The translations under genes were made by a program, and so were the position numbers. 64,000 nucleotides of DNA from IMG/VR virus record IMGVR_UViG_2558860386_000003. One strand, given 5' to 3'. Position 1 is the first letter of the stretch; each line of letters opens with the position of its first letter. A model generated the notes under the pieces. The model made no database searches and was not told the DNA's origin. It saw nothing but the letters and a program-made list of their open reading frames with translations. Origin of the DNA: a virus. This document shows, in pieces, positions 52,373 to 61,723 of the stretch.

Positions 52373-55297
52373 GTGGCAGACGGTACAGTCGTCTTTAAAA
52401 TCCTTGGCGATAATACAAGCTTTAAATCTGCCCTGGCAGAGCTCGAGGGCAAGGCAAAATCTGCAGCAGAGCGCATAGAGAAAAACTTGCCAGACATGGG
52501 CAAGAAGATGCTCTCATCAATTAAGCAAATGACACCGCAGGCAACTGCTGCGGTTAAAAAAGTCGTGTCTGTGGTATCTTCTATGGCCACGGCAACGTCT
52601 AATATTTTCTCTGGCTTTGCAGGACTGTTTTCGGTGGCACTCAGTCCAGTTGCACGCATTGTCTCCCAAAAGCTACAACCAGTCACTAAAGTCTTCCAAA
52701 ACATTGCGACAAATGCAAAAAGTATTTTCTCAAACATCTCTGGCCATGTAGGCAATTTCGCAAAAAACGCAGCAGGATCTATTCAGACAACTTTTGCGCC
52801 GGCATTTAACAAGATTGGTGGATACGTCCAAAAAGCGGGAAGCACTATATCCTCTTTTGGCTCGTCCATCACACGAAAACTTGCCCCTGTCGGCACTGCC
52901 CTGTCTGGCCCTTTGTCTAAAATCGGCGCGGGTATTTCAAGCGCCGCAAGCGGCTTTGCAAGCTTCAATTTAGCTGCCATCAAGGCGTTTACTTCCGCAG
53001 GGGCGGCTGCAGTTAAAGGTGCGGCTACCATCGTGGGCAAGCTTGGCGAGATTGCCAGTAAGGCGCAAGGCGTGGCAGGAGCGCTTACCGCAGCTCTTGG
53101 CGGAGCAATTCTTAAAGGCGGATTTGACCGTGCCATCAATATTGATAACGCAAAGGCGAAGCTTACCGGTCTTGGCCATAGCGCAGACTCAGTGTCCGCA
53201 ATTATGGACAATGCCCTAACCTCTGTTCGCGGAACCGCATTTGGCCTGGGCGAAGCGGCGTCAAGTGCGGCTACCTTAAGCGCGTCTGGCGTAAAAGAAG
53301 GCGAAGAGATGGTGACGTCTCTTAAAGGTGTGGCAGGAGCTGCCGCGGTCTCTCAGCGCTCTCTTACTGATATGGGTGTTATTTGGGGCTCTGTAGCTGC
53401 CCTAGGCAAATTGCAAGGCCAAGACATGCACCAGCTCATGATGGCGGGCATTCCTGTTCTCGACATCTTGGGCAAGCATCTTGGTAAGACACAAAAAGAA
53501 GTCCAAGAGATGGTGTCTTCCGGAAAAATTGACTTTAAGACATTCTCCGAAGCCATGAATGAATCTTTGGGCAATACCGCCCAGACCGCGGGCAAGACCT
53601 TTGTCGGCTCTTTTGCAAATGTAAAAGCGGCTCTTTCGCGCCTGGGTGAGCCTATCGCAGGTCCAATATTGCAAGGACTTACTGGAATCTTCCAGGCTCT
53701 TATCCCTGTTATTGACAAGGCTACAGAAGCCATAAAACCGTTTATAGAACAGCTGTCCGGGTCTTTGGCACCTGTAGTAGAAGGCGCAAAAGGCTTTATC
53801 GAAAAGTTGGGCGAAGCTATTGAAGGTGTTGTAAATGGTCCTCTTAGTGGTCTTGCGCCTGTCATAGGCTTGGTGGCTGGTGCATTCCTAGCATGGTCTG
53901 CAGGAGGTCTTGCAGGAGTGCTTGGTGCCATTCCTGGCGTAAGTGCCCTTCTGGGGCCACTCACAAGCCTTCTAGGTGGCATTGGTGGACCTATAGGCAT
54001 ATGCGTGGCGGCATTCTTAGGACTTACCGCAGCAAGCCCAGAGCTGCAGGGAGCATTGAGCAATCTATTCGGCGTATTCGGCGAAATTGCAGGAATTATT
54101 GCGTCTAGCTTTGGCCCAGCCATTGGCGATATTGCATCTCAAGTCCCCGGCATAGTGCAGGCAATCTCTGGTGGCTTGGCAGATGGCATCAGTAGCCTTG
54201 CTGGCATTCTTAAAAACGCAGAGCCTTATATTCAGACGTTTTGCGATGTTCTGAAGCAGGTCGCAGGCTTTATTGGTGACCTTGCGGGACAAGCAGCAGG
54301 CATCTTAGGTCCAGCTTTTGAGAGCATGGTAGGCATGCTTAAGAGCGGCTTTGACCAGATTGTCCAAGGCTTCCAGACAGCATGGGGAATTATCGAGCCT
54401 TTGCTTCCAACCATCATTGGCGTATTTACGACAATTGCCACATTGGTGGTGGGTGAACTAAGCACAATTGCATCTGTGGTAATGACCGTACTTGGTGGTG
54501 CCTTCCAGATTGCAGGGGCAATCATTAGTGGCGCTATGCAAACTATCTCTGGCGTAATTCAAACCGTATGCGGCGTAATTCAGACCATCATTGGCGTATT
54601 TGTCGGAGTGTTTACTGGCAATTGGCAAATGGCAGCAGACGGTGTGCAAAATATCGTCGGTGGCATTGGTAACTTCATCGGTGGCGTGTTTAACGCGCTT
54701 GTCGGTACGCTAACAGGCATCCTGAATACCATTGCGCAGACATTCCAAGCTGCCTTTAACGGTATCTTTGGCACCGTCAAAAACATCTTTACCAATATTG
54801 GTAATGCCATTGGCGACAAGATGGGCGCTGCACGGGATAAAGTAAAAGGCATTATTGATGCCATCAAAGGCTTCTTTAGCTTTAAGATTTCGTGGCCACA
54901 CATCCCAGTACCGCATTTTGGCATCAGCCCCAAAGGCTGGCAAATTGGAGATTTGCTTAAGGGCTCAATCCCTAGCCTTGACATTTCTTGGCATGCAGAA
55001 GGTGCGCGCTTTGATGGCCCCACCGTCTTTGGCTCTGGCCATGGCTTTGGCGAAGCTGGTACCGAGTATGCTCTGCCACTAAATAAAACAAGTTTGCTTC
55101 CATTGGCTCAGAACTTAGCAGAGCTTATGGGCGAGCTCAACCGCGGAACCAACCGCAATAGCGACATTGCATATCTTGCACGACGCCTTGACGTAATGGG
55201 AGCGCGCCTTTCCCAGGCACTCGCCAAACCTGTTGCAGTCGACTTAAACAACCGTGAAGTAGCACGAGTAATAAGAGGGGCGGTCCCTACTCTATGA
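52373..55297 (+). CDS. Tape measure protein
   Basis: 974 aa, MADG.V start, amphipathic repeats. Confidence 0.92.
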   Translation: MADGTVVFKILGDNTSFKSALAELEGKAKSAAERIEKNLPDMGKKMLSSIKQMTPQATAAVKKVVSVVSSMATATSNIFSGFAGLFSVALSPVARIVSQKLQPVTKVFQNIATNAKSIFSNISGHVGNFAKNAAGSIQTTFAPAFNKIGGYVQKAGSTISSFGSSITRKLAPVGTALSGPLSKIGAGISSAASGFASFNLAAIKAFTSAGAAAVKGAATIVGKLGEIASKAQGVAGALTAALGGAILKGGFDRAINIDNAKAKLTGLGHSADSVSAIMDNALTSVRGTAFGLGEAASSAATLSASGVKEGEEMVTSLKGVAGAAAVSQRSLTDMGVIWGSVAALGKLQGQDMHQLMMAGIPVLDILGKHLGKTQKEVQEMVSSGKIDFKTFSEAMNESLGNTAQTAGKTFVGSFANVKAALSRLGEPIAGPILQGLTGIFQALIPVIDKATEAIKPFIEQLSGSLAPVVEGAKGFIEKLGEAIEGVVNGPLSGLAPVIGLVAGAFLAWSAGGLAGVLGAIPGVSALLGPLTSLLGGIGGPIGICVAAFLGLTAASPELQGALSNLFGVFGEIAGIIASSFGPAIGDIASQVPGIVQAISGGLADGISSLAGILKNAEPYIQTFCDVLKQVAGFIGDLAGQAAGILGPAFESMVGMLKSGFDQIVQGFQTAWGIIEPLLPTIIGVFTTIATLVVGELSTIASVVMTVLGGAFQIAGAIISGAMQTISGVIQTVCGVIQTIIGVFVGVFTGNWQMAADGVQNIVGGIGNFIGGVFNALVGTLTGILNTIAQTFQAAFNGIFGTVKNIFTNIGNAIGDKMGAARDKVKGIIDAIKGFFSFKISWPHIPVPHFGISPKGWQIGDLLKGSIPSLDISWHAEGARFDGPTVFGSGHGFGEAGTEYALPLNKTSLLPLAQNLAELMGELNRGTNRNSDIAYLARRLDVMGARLSQALAKPVAVDLNNREVARVIRGAVPTL

Positions 55298-56163
55298 GAA
55301 CTGACATCACCTATGTAAACAATAACGGCAAGACCGTGCAATTTGGCGGCTCTGACGAAGACCTCCATTACCTCCAGCATGACTTGCGAGCTAACTCGTG
55401 GGCGTATGAAACGGGTGTGGCCAAGACGCGTATCTCCAGTTTTAAGCACAGCTTGGAGGAGAAAAAGCTCCCTGTCGGCATCATGGCCAAGACCGCAAAA
55501 GAAGGTATCGCAAAATCTAATTACATTGCACAAATTGGCGAGTATGACATTATGGCAAAGCGTCCTGGGCGCTTGTATGTAGGTGACTGGTATCTGCCTT
55601 GCTGGATTGTCGGTGTGTCTTTTTCCAATTACTGGCTAAGTGACTGTATTGCAGAAATTGAGCTGTCTTTAGTCTGCGAGAAGTGCGAATGGATACATGA
55701 GACCACCACGCAGTATGCGCCAATTACCATGCAGGATAGCGACGCCATCTTAGGCGCAGACTTTGAGTACGACTTTGAGCATGACTTGGCAGGCTCTGCA
55801 AGCTCACACACGCTAGATGTTCCAGGAGTGTTTGACGCGCAATTTTTATGGCGTGTGTATGGTCCTGCCACCAACCCTTATATCAGGCTTGGTGACAACA
55901 CTTACAAAATCAATACCAGTGTGCGCGAAGGGCAGACTCTAGAGGTAGATACGGCGCAAAAAACTATCGTGCTAATTGACGAACAAGGACGCAGGACAAA
56001 CACCCTTTCTGAACGTGCTCGCGGTGCAAAAGGCTCAGGTTCCTACATTTTTGAGCCAATTCACCCAGGCACACAAACAGTGACATACGATAACACTTAT
56101 CTGTTTGACATCACGCTTTACGAAATGCGCAGCCTTCCTCCATTTGAGCTGGGAGGTAAGTAG
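55294..56163 (+). CDS. Distal tail (Dit-like) protein
   Basis: After tape measure; YGP..NP motif. Confidence 0.72.
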   Translation: MRTDITYVNNNGKTVQFGGSDEDLHYLQHDLRANSWAYETGVAKTRISSFKHSLEEKKLPVGIMAKTAKEGIAKSNYIAQIGEYDIMAKRPGRLYVGDWYLPCWIVGVSFSNYWLSDCIAEIELSLVCEKCEWIHETTTQYAPITMQDSDAILGADFEYDFEHDLAGSASSHTLDVPGVFDAQFLWRVYGPATNPYIRLGDNTYKINTSVREGQTLEVDTAQKTIVLIDEQGRRTNTLSERARGAKGSGSYIFEPIHPGTQTVTYDNTYLFDITLYEMRSLPPFELGGK

Positions 56164-56165
56164 CC

Positions 56166-57731
56166 TTGGATATTATCTATACGGACGAAGCTGGCAATGA
56201 CGTAGGTATCTTGCAACGCGCTTATTTCGACTGCGCATTTGGAAGCGGTGAGAACAATTTTGAGCTTACGCTTGATGCAGAAAGCAATATTCGCATCTCA
56301 AAAGGCGCTCGGGTATACATAGAAGATACAGAATACGGTGGCGTCGTCGATTCGTATTCGTACGATAGCGCAGCTGGCACATACAAGTACTCTGGGCGCT
56401 CTGTACATGGTCTTTTGGCATCAAAGATTATTCGCCCACCAGCAGGGGCGGATTATCTCGTCATAAATAATGAAGTGCATGCAGCCTTGCGCGATATTGT
56501 CAGGCAGTGTGGCCTAGACAGCCTTATTAAAGTGGCAGACAGCGCATCACCGTTTATGGCCAAGTACCAATTTGACCGTTTTATTGACGCCTATACGGGC
56601 ATTGTAAAAATGCTTAAGGCGCAAAATGCACGCCCAAAGTTTGTATGGATGGATGGCAAGACCATAAGTCTTGAAGCGGTGCAAATCACATCACACCCAG
56701 CCTTGGATACAGATGTGGTGGACCATAATTTCAAACACACCCACCACCCTGTGAACCACCTCGTGTGTCTGGGCAAGGGCGAACTTAAAGACCGAACTGT
56801 TATTGACTTATATGCAGACGCTAAAGGCAATGTGAGCAAGACACAATCCATTTTTGGCGTGGATGAGGTTGTCGAAAAATACGACTACAACGGAGCTGAA
56901 GCAGAAGAGCTTGAGAAAGAAGGAGTAAAGAAGCTTAAGGAGCTACAAAACGCATCCTCGGTCGATATAAATCTAAAATCAGATGCGAGTTACGCTGTTG
57001 GTGACATCATCACATCTTACGATATAAATACGGCAATGGAGGTATCCGCGCAAGTTACTAAGAAAATTGTAACTTGTGCTGGTGATGACGTGTCTATTGA
57101 ATACACTGTCGGCGGCACTGCTCAAAGCACGTCTTTAAGCAGCTCTGTGAGCGCAAGTAGTGGTGGTGGGATTACGTACACCGCTGGAGAAGGTATAAAA
57201 ATTAGCAACGCCACCATCACAGCTGATGTCACGCAAACAAAGCTTGATGCCGTAAAAAATGACGTTGACGCCGCAAATGCCGTCCTGTCGAATATGGCCG
57301 CAGAGCTTCCACAAATAAAGATAGACATTGTCAAGGCGCAGTCTACAGCAGACGTGGCTAATATTACTGCCACAGAAGCCTTAGAAGCAGCGAAAAAGGC
57401 AGGAAGCGTAGACGTAGCGGCTCTTGTTGCCACGCAAGAATACGATAGCAGAAATGGCATTCGTGCCAGGCGCGTCGGAAAACTTGTAGCAGGAACCATC
57501 AATGGTTTTAAGGCAAGTCTCACAAGTTCATGGGCATCGCAAGTAATCGGGACACTCCCAGAAGGCATGCGCCCCACATTCAATATTGAGACGAGCTGCA
57601 CAACCGCAAACACCAATGCCAATGTGGCTGTAGAAATCCGTACAGACGGTGTAATGACTGCCTGGAATGTCGGTGGTACGTCCCTAGGCAATCAAAATAT
57701 TTATGCCAATTTCGCATATACGACAGAATAG
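56166..57731 (+). CDS. Baseplate hub/Tal-like protein with C-terminal receptor-binding-like domain
   Basis: Homologous to 739..1740 plus stalk and LPEGMRP head. Confidence 0.75.
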   Translation: MDIIYTDEAGNDVGILQRAYFDCAFGSGENNFELTLDAESNIRISKGARVYIEDTEYGGVVDSYSYDSAAGTYKYSGRSVHGLLASKIIRPPAGADYLVINNEVHAALRDIVRQCGLDSLIKVADSASPFMAKYQFDRFIDAYTGIVKMLKAQNARPKFVWMDGKTISLEAVQITSHPALDTDVVDHNFKHTHHPVNHLVCLGKGELKDRTVIDLYADAKGNVSKTQSIFGVDEVVEKYDYNGAEAEELEKEGVKKLKELQNASSVDINLKSDASYAVGDIITSYDINTAMEVSAQVTKKIVTCAGDDVSIEYTVGGTAQSTSLSSSVSASSGGGITYTAGEGIKISNATITADVTQTKLDAVKNDVDAANAVLSNMAAELPQIKIDIVKAQSTADVANITATEALEAAKKAGSVDVAALVATQEYDSRNGIRARRVGKLVAGTINGFKASLTSSWASQVIGTLPEGMRPTFNIETSCTTANTNANVAVEIRTDGVMTAWNVGGTSLGNQNIYANFAYTTE

Positions 57732-57808
57732 TTCCTTTTCGTTACCAGCAGCAGAAGATATGTGCGAGGAAAAACGCGCTGGTCAAATAAAACGAAAGGA
57801 GATTGTGC

Positions 57809-58039
57809 ATGCCGAAAGAAACGGGCCTTACCGACTATATATGTGACTGTAATCCTGAGCATCATAAGTGTGCAAAAGAAGGCACCGCAGATGCTAATTA
57901 CTTCCACGAGTTTGGGCGTACTCGCTCTGACGGAACCATGCAGAACTTCATCTTGTGTGATGCATGCTATCTCAAATGCAGAGAGCTCATGGACCGTCAC
58001 GACCGGGAGTTCAATGCCTTTATGAAGGGCAAGGAGTAA
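57809..58039 (+). CDS. Cys/His-containing small tail-associated protein
   Basis: Similar to 323..736. Confidence 0.6.
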   Translation: MPKETGLTDYICDCNPEHHKCAKEGTADANYFHEFGRTRSDGTMQNFILCDACYLKCRELMDRHDREFNAFMKGKE

Positions 58040-58042
58040 GTT

Positions 58043-58861
58043 ATGACAACGAATATCCTTGTCACCGGCAAGCAGGGTAAAAACCACATTACCTCGGCTC
58101 AAATGGGCGCTATCCAGGCTGCAATTTTTGGCCCAGGAACATATATCTGTTCTGGCTTTGAGCCATCCATGGCAAGTGCGAATGCGCTTAGCATCACAAA
58201 AGGTGTGGCCGTTGTAAATGGCCGTCCCTGCGTTTTAGAAGCCAACACGCAAGTAAACATCGCAAGCGGCATTACAGGACGCAACCGTAACGATTTAGTC
58301 GTTTTGGCGTACTCAAAAGTGACGTCTTCTGGAGTTGAGGAAGTCACTGTTAAGACCATATCTGGCGAAGCCACTACATCAGATGCGGCAGACCCCACAT
58401 ACAAGACCGGAGATATTCTTAGTGGCGATACGTCAGTTGAGACGCCTCTATTTCGCGTTGAAGTGCGCGGACTTAATCTACCCAAGGTAGTTACACTTGC
58501 CAAGAAACTTCCATCCATTGCGGATTTGGACGCAAAAAATACCAAGGAAAGCGAAACACAGGTATTCGATTATAAGAGCGGTGAAAACAGCCTATACGCT
58601 GTGCGTGTCGGAAAAATCGTCTACGGCACATTCACGCTCACCCCAAATCTTGATAGTGCTTGGGCAAGCCAAGTAATGCTTACCATGCCCGAAGGCATGC
58701 GCCCAGCTCATAAATGGGAAGTAAGCTGCACCACCGAAAACAAGGTGGCAAACGTCGCTTTATATATCGACACAAACGGGCGTACCGAAGCATCAAACCG
58801 CGGCGGACAGTCGCTTGGCAACAACTACATCCATGGCAGTTTTGCCTATCCAGTTATTTAA
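58043..58861 (+). CDS. Baseplate / receptor-binding protein
   Basis: R.DLVV N-terminal domain + MPEGMRP head. Confidence 0.7.
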   Translation: MTTNILVTGKQGKNHITSAQMGAIQAAIFGPGTYICSGFEPSMASANALSITKGVAVVNGRPCVLEANTQVNIASGITGRNRNDLVVLAYSKVTSSGVEEVTVKTISGEATTSDAADPTYKTGDILSGDTSVETPLFRVEVRGLNLPKVVTLAKKLPSIADLDAKNTKESETQVFDYKSGENSLYAVRVGKIVYGTFTLTPNLDSAWASQVMLTMPEGMRPAHKWEVSCTTENKVANVALYIDTNGRTEASNRGGQSLGNNYIHGSFAYPVI

Positions 58862-58879
58862 TTTACGAAAGGAACAATC

Positions 58880-59290
58880 ATGACTATTCCCTACTTCATC
58901 GACGTATATCTAGCACAGGTGCGCGACTCCCAACAAGTAAAAGTAGCTCTTACAGCCGTACTTATCCTTATGCTCATTGACGTGCTTATGGGGTCTATTT
59001 GCGCTGCGTCAAACCACCAATATGCATCGTCTAGAGCACGCGAAGGCATCATACACAAAGGCAGCGAGCTATGCTTGATTTTGCTAGGTGTAGTGGTAGA
59101 CGGCGCGCTCACAGGCGGCCTTAACTTGGGCACGCAAACGCCTGTATTGCTGGGTATTTGCGTAGCACTCATTTGTGCTGAGGTGGCATCCATCTTAGAG
59201 ATTGTAGGAACCGCTAACCCAGATATGGCTAATTCTGCCGTATTTAGGCTGCTCAAAACCGTACAAGACGGTGCAAAGGATAAGGAGTAG
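58880..59290 (+). CDS. Holin
   Basis: Three hydrophobic segments, SS...EG..HK, E..SILE; upstream of lysin. Confidence 0.85.
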   Translation: MTIPYFIDVYLAQVRDSQQVKVALTAVLILMLIDVLMGSICAASNHQYASSRAREGIIHKGSELCLILLGVVVDGALTGGLNLGTQTPVLLGICVALICAEVASILEIVGTANPDMANSAVFRLLKTVQDGAKDKE

Positions 59291-59293
59291 TCT

Positions 59294-60283
59294 ATGGCAT
59301 GGTATCCTTGGCGCGCCATTTGGGCAAGTCCACGTACTTATGACAGGGGACGCGGTGGCAAAAAGCCTGAATATATCGTGGTGCATTACACCGCGTCGCA
59401 AGCGAGCGCGTATAACAACTGCCTGTATTTCAGTGGTGGCAACCGACACGCCTCCGCGCACTTCTTCTTGGATGGCTCAGGCACCATCTATCAGTCAGTA
59501 GCCGAAGGCGATACCGCCTGGGCAGTGGGCAACCTCGACTTCAATCAGCGCTCTATCTCTATTGAGGTAGTAAGTGACGGGCGAGATTTTAGCAGCGCAG
59601 AAATTGCTGAACTTACCTATCTTGTACAACACCTTATGCAGAAGTACGGTATCCCGGCAAGCCATGTAATCCGCCACTACGATGTCATTGACCACGTGCG
59701 TACCGGGCGTACCGTTGAGCCACACAAAAGCTGCCCTGCGCCCTACGTTAATAACGGCAAGTGGGCTAAACTGCACAGCATTATTACTTCTGAAGCTGGC
59801 TGGAAGCGCGGGCAAGGTACCATGGTCCACTGCTGGTGGTATCAGCATGCTGACGGTAGTTATACTACCAACGGCTGGGAACTTATCAATGATAAGTGGT
59901 ACTACTTTGACGCAAACGGCTGGATGTGCACCGGCTGGGTTAAGGCCAAAGGTTACTGGTATTACCTCAACAGCTCTGGTGCTATGGTCACCGGCTGGCA
60001 GCTCATTGATGGTAAGTGGTATTACTTTAATCACAATGGCGATATGGCTACAGGCTGGATTAAGGACAATGGGCACTGGTATTGGTTGCACGATACTCAC
60101 GAAGCCGGTCTGTACGGCTCTATGGATACAGGCTGGATTGAGGTTAATGGTAAAAAGTATTATGCCAATCCTAGCTCTGGTGGTCCTCGTGGGGCGCTTG
60201 TATGTGGCAAGCAGACTATCGATGGCAAAGAATATGAGTTTGACAGTAACTGCACCCTAATTGAGGACAAACCAAATGGATAG
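59294..60283 (+). CDS. Endolysin: Amidase_2 + cell-wall (choline-binding-like) repeats
   Basis: IVVHYT, ASAHF, SISIE, IRHYD, K.CP; repeated GW....GKWYYF. Confidence 0.92.
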   Translation: MAWYPWRAIWASPRTYDRGRGGKKPEYIVVHYTASQASAYNNCLYFSGGNRHASAHFFLDGSGTIYQSVAEGDTAWAVGNLDFNQRSISIEVVSDGRDFSSAEIAELTYLVQHLMQKYGIPASHVIRHYDVIDHVRTGRTVEPHKSCPAPYVNNGKWAKLHSIITSEAGWKRGQGTMVHCWWYQHADGSYTTNGWELINDKWYYFDANGWMCTGWVKAKGYWYYLNSSGAMVTGWQLIDGKWYYFNHNGDMATGWIKDNGHWYWLHDTHEAGLYGSMDTGWIEVNGKKYYANPSSGGPRGALVCGKQTIDGKEYEFDSNCTLIEDKPNG

Positions 60284-60458
60284 CTGGAAGCTTACGGTGT
60301 GGTATCACCAGCCGCAAGGTATGGGATTTATGTATCGCAAGGACCGCGCGAAGCAATTCGCCACCAAAGACGAAGCGCGAGCGTATTGTAAGCAACACTT
60401 TTTAGCGGCTAAAATCACGTGGTTTGAAAACGAACAAAAAGTAAGCGTAATCGCTTAG
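60276..60458 (+). CDS. Small hypothetical protein after lysin
   Basis: 60-aa ORF with GAGGA SD. Confidence 0.5.
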   Translation: MDSWKLTVWYHQPQGMGFMYRKDRAKQFATKDEARAYCKQHFLAAKITWFENEQKVSVIA

Positions 60459-60460
60459 TA

Positions 60461-60497
60461 AATGGCCTTCTCATTGCTGTGAGAGGGCCATTTTTTA
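60461..60497 (+). terminator. Late operon terminator
   Basis: AATGGCCTTCTCA/TGAGAGGGCCATT + T-tract. Confidence 0.85.
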
Positions 60498-60518
60498 TTG
60501 TCTCAAAGACTATAAACG

Positions 60519-60547
60519 AGACCCATTTGTGACCCATGAAATGACCC
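60519..60547 (+). repeat. Triple arm-type repeat (T/A)GACCC (phage 2)
   Basis: 11- and 12-bp period, about 115 bp from the core. Confidence 0.7.
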
Positions 60548-60663
60548 GAAAGAACAAAACGCCTGGTAGAGATATACGACACTTAGGGTAAATTTTCGCT
60601 TTTTGTAATAATACTAAATAAGTAAAAGAGCAGGTAAACGCACTAATTTAGATACAAAATAAC

Positions 60664-60754
60664 TGGCGGAGAGGGAGGGATTTGAACCCTCGTACCTCTA
60701 TAAGAGGTAAACGGTTTTCGAGACCGCCGCATTCAGCCGCTCTGCCACCTCTCC
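60664..60754 (-). tRNA. tRNA-Ser(CGA), integration target
   Basis: GGAGAGG acceptor, CT-CGA-AA anticodon loop, long variable arm, GTTCAAATC, CCA end. Confidence 0.95.
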
Positions 60755-60793
60755 AGATGCACAAACGGCGCCTTGCGGCGCCGTGAAATAACC

Positions 60794-60884
60794 TGGCGGA
60801 GAGTCGGGGATTTGAACCCCGGAGACGCTTTCGGCGCCTACACGATTTCCAATCGTGCTCCTTCAGCCGCTCGGACAACTCTCC
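60794..60884 (-). tRNA. tRNA-Ser(GGA)
   Basis: CACGA-TTGGAAA-TCGTG anticodon arm, long variable arm, CCA end. Confidence 0.95.
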
Positions 60885-60954
60885 TTAATTGAAAACGCAC
60901 CGGATAGTATAACGTATTTCTCGCCGAAAAGAAAAGAACTTTTCTGCGAAGTCC

Positions 60955-61686
60955 TTGCAAGACCTAGTAAGATACTTGCGTATCCGTTTTTACCCTGCAG
61001 GAGATCATGTGCTTCAGATACCTATTTGGCTAGACCTTTCTGCCGTTATTGTTGGTGCTTTAGCGGGAGTTTGGGCAGCTCAAGAGCGTAAATTAGACTT
61101 GGTTGGCTATATTGGCCTAAGCTTTTTGTGTGGCTTGGGCGGCGGCTTGGTCCGTGATATGGCTATGCAAGTTGGCAGTGTCTATATGTTGCAATCTCCA
61201 TATGCCATTCCTTTTGTCATAACAACAGGCATCGTTGGCTACTTTTTTCCACAATTTATCAAGCGCTACCCCAACCTCTTAGACTGGTTGGACATTCTAT
61301 CTGTTGGCTTATTTGTAGTGGCGGGTACCGATAAGGCCATTAACTACAACCTATACCCTATAGCCTGCATGCTCATGGGCGTCATCACTGGTGTGGGCGG
61401 CGGTATGATGCGCGACGTCTTTTTGGGTGACACACCGCGCATCTTCCAGCGCTCTAACTTCTATGCCGTCGCAGCTATTGGCGGTTCTGTCGTGTATTAT
61501 TCTCTGGCCGCGGTCAGTCACTACAATTTGGAAATCTCTGCCATAGCAAGCGTTGCTACAACCATGTGCCTGCGCAGGCTGTCGCTTCATTACAACATGA
61601 CACTACCTACGGAAGTAGATCTGGCACCTAAGGTTGCCGCCAGCGCCAAGAAAATAAAGGCAAAAACGGTACGCAAAAAACGCTAA
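60955..61686 (+). CDS. UPF0126 / trimeric intracellular cation channel family membrane protein (start may be 61009)
   Basis: Duplicated GGG..RD motifs, multiple transmembrane segments. Confidence 0.85.
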   Translation: MQDLVRYLRIRFYPAGDHVLQIPIWLDLSAVIVGALAGVWAAQERKLDLVGYIGLSFLCGLGGGLVRDMAMQVGSVYMLQSPYAIPFVITTGIVGYFFPQFIKRYPNLLDWLDILSVGLFVVAGTDKAINYNLYPIACMLMGVITGVGGGMMRDVFLGDTPRIFQRSNFYAVAAIGGSVVYYSLAAVSHYNLEISAIASVATTMCLRRLSLHYNMTLPTEVDLAPKVAASAKKIKAKTVRKKR

Positions 61687-61723
61687 CCTCGCAGCTACAC
61701 AGCTTATTTTGTATCTATACGGC

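Larger units (their letters stand above)
27420..60687 (+). mobile_element. Prophage 2, apparently complete (~33.3 kb)
   Basis: 26-bp direct repeats; integrase-to-lysin gene set without obvious disruption. Confidence 0.95.

Noticed and set aside
57440..58861. Diversity-generating retroelement TR/VR pair
   Set aside because: No reverse transcriptase in the window; the two copies differ at all base types and both are coding
59780..60240. Repeated GW..W-Y-Y units
   Set aside because: Ordinary cell-wall-binding repeats of the endolysin
60794..60817. tRNA-Ser(GGA) 3' end as the att site
   Set aside because: It reads GAGTCGGGG where the 27420 core reads GAGGGAGGG; only tRNA-Ser(CGA) matches exactly
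60648..60878. 76-aa ORF
   Set aside because: Overlaps two clear tRNA genes
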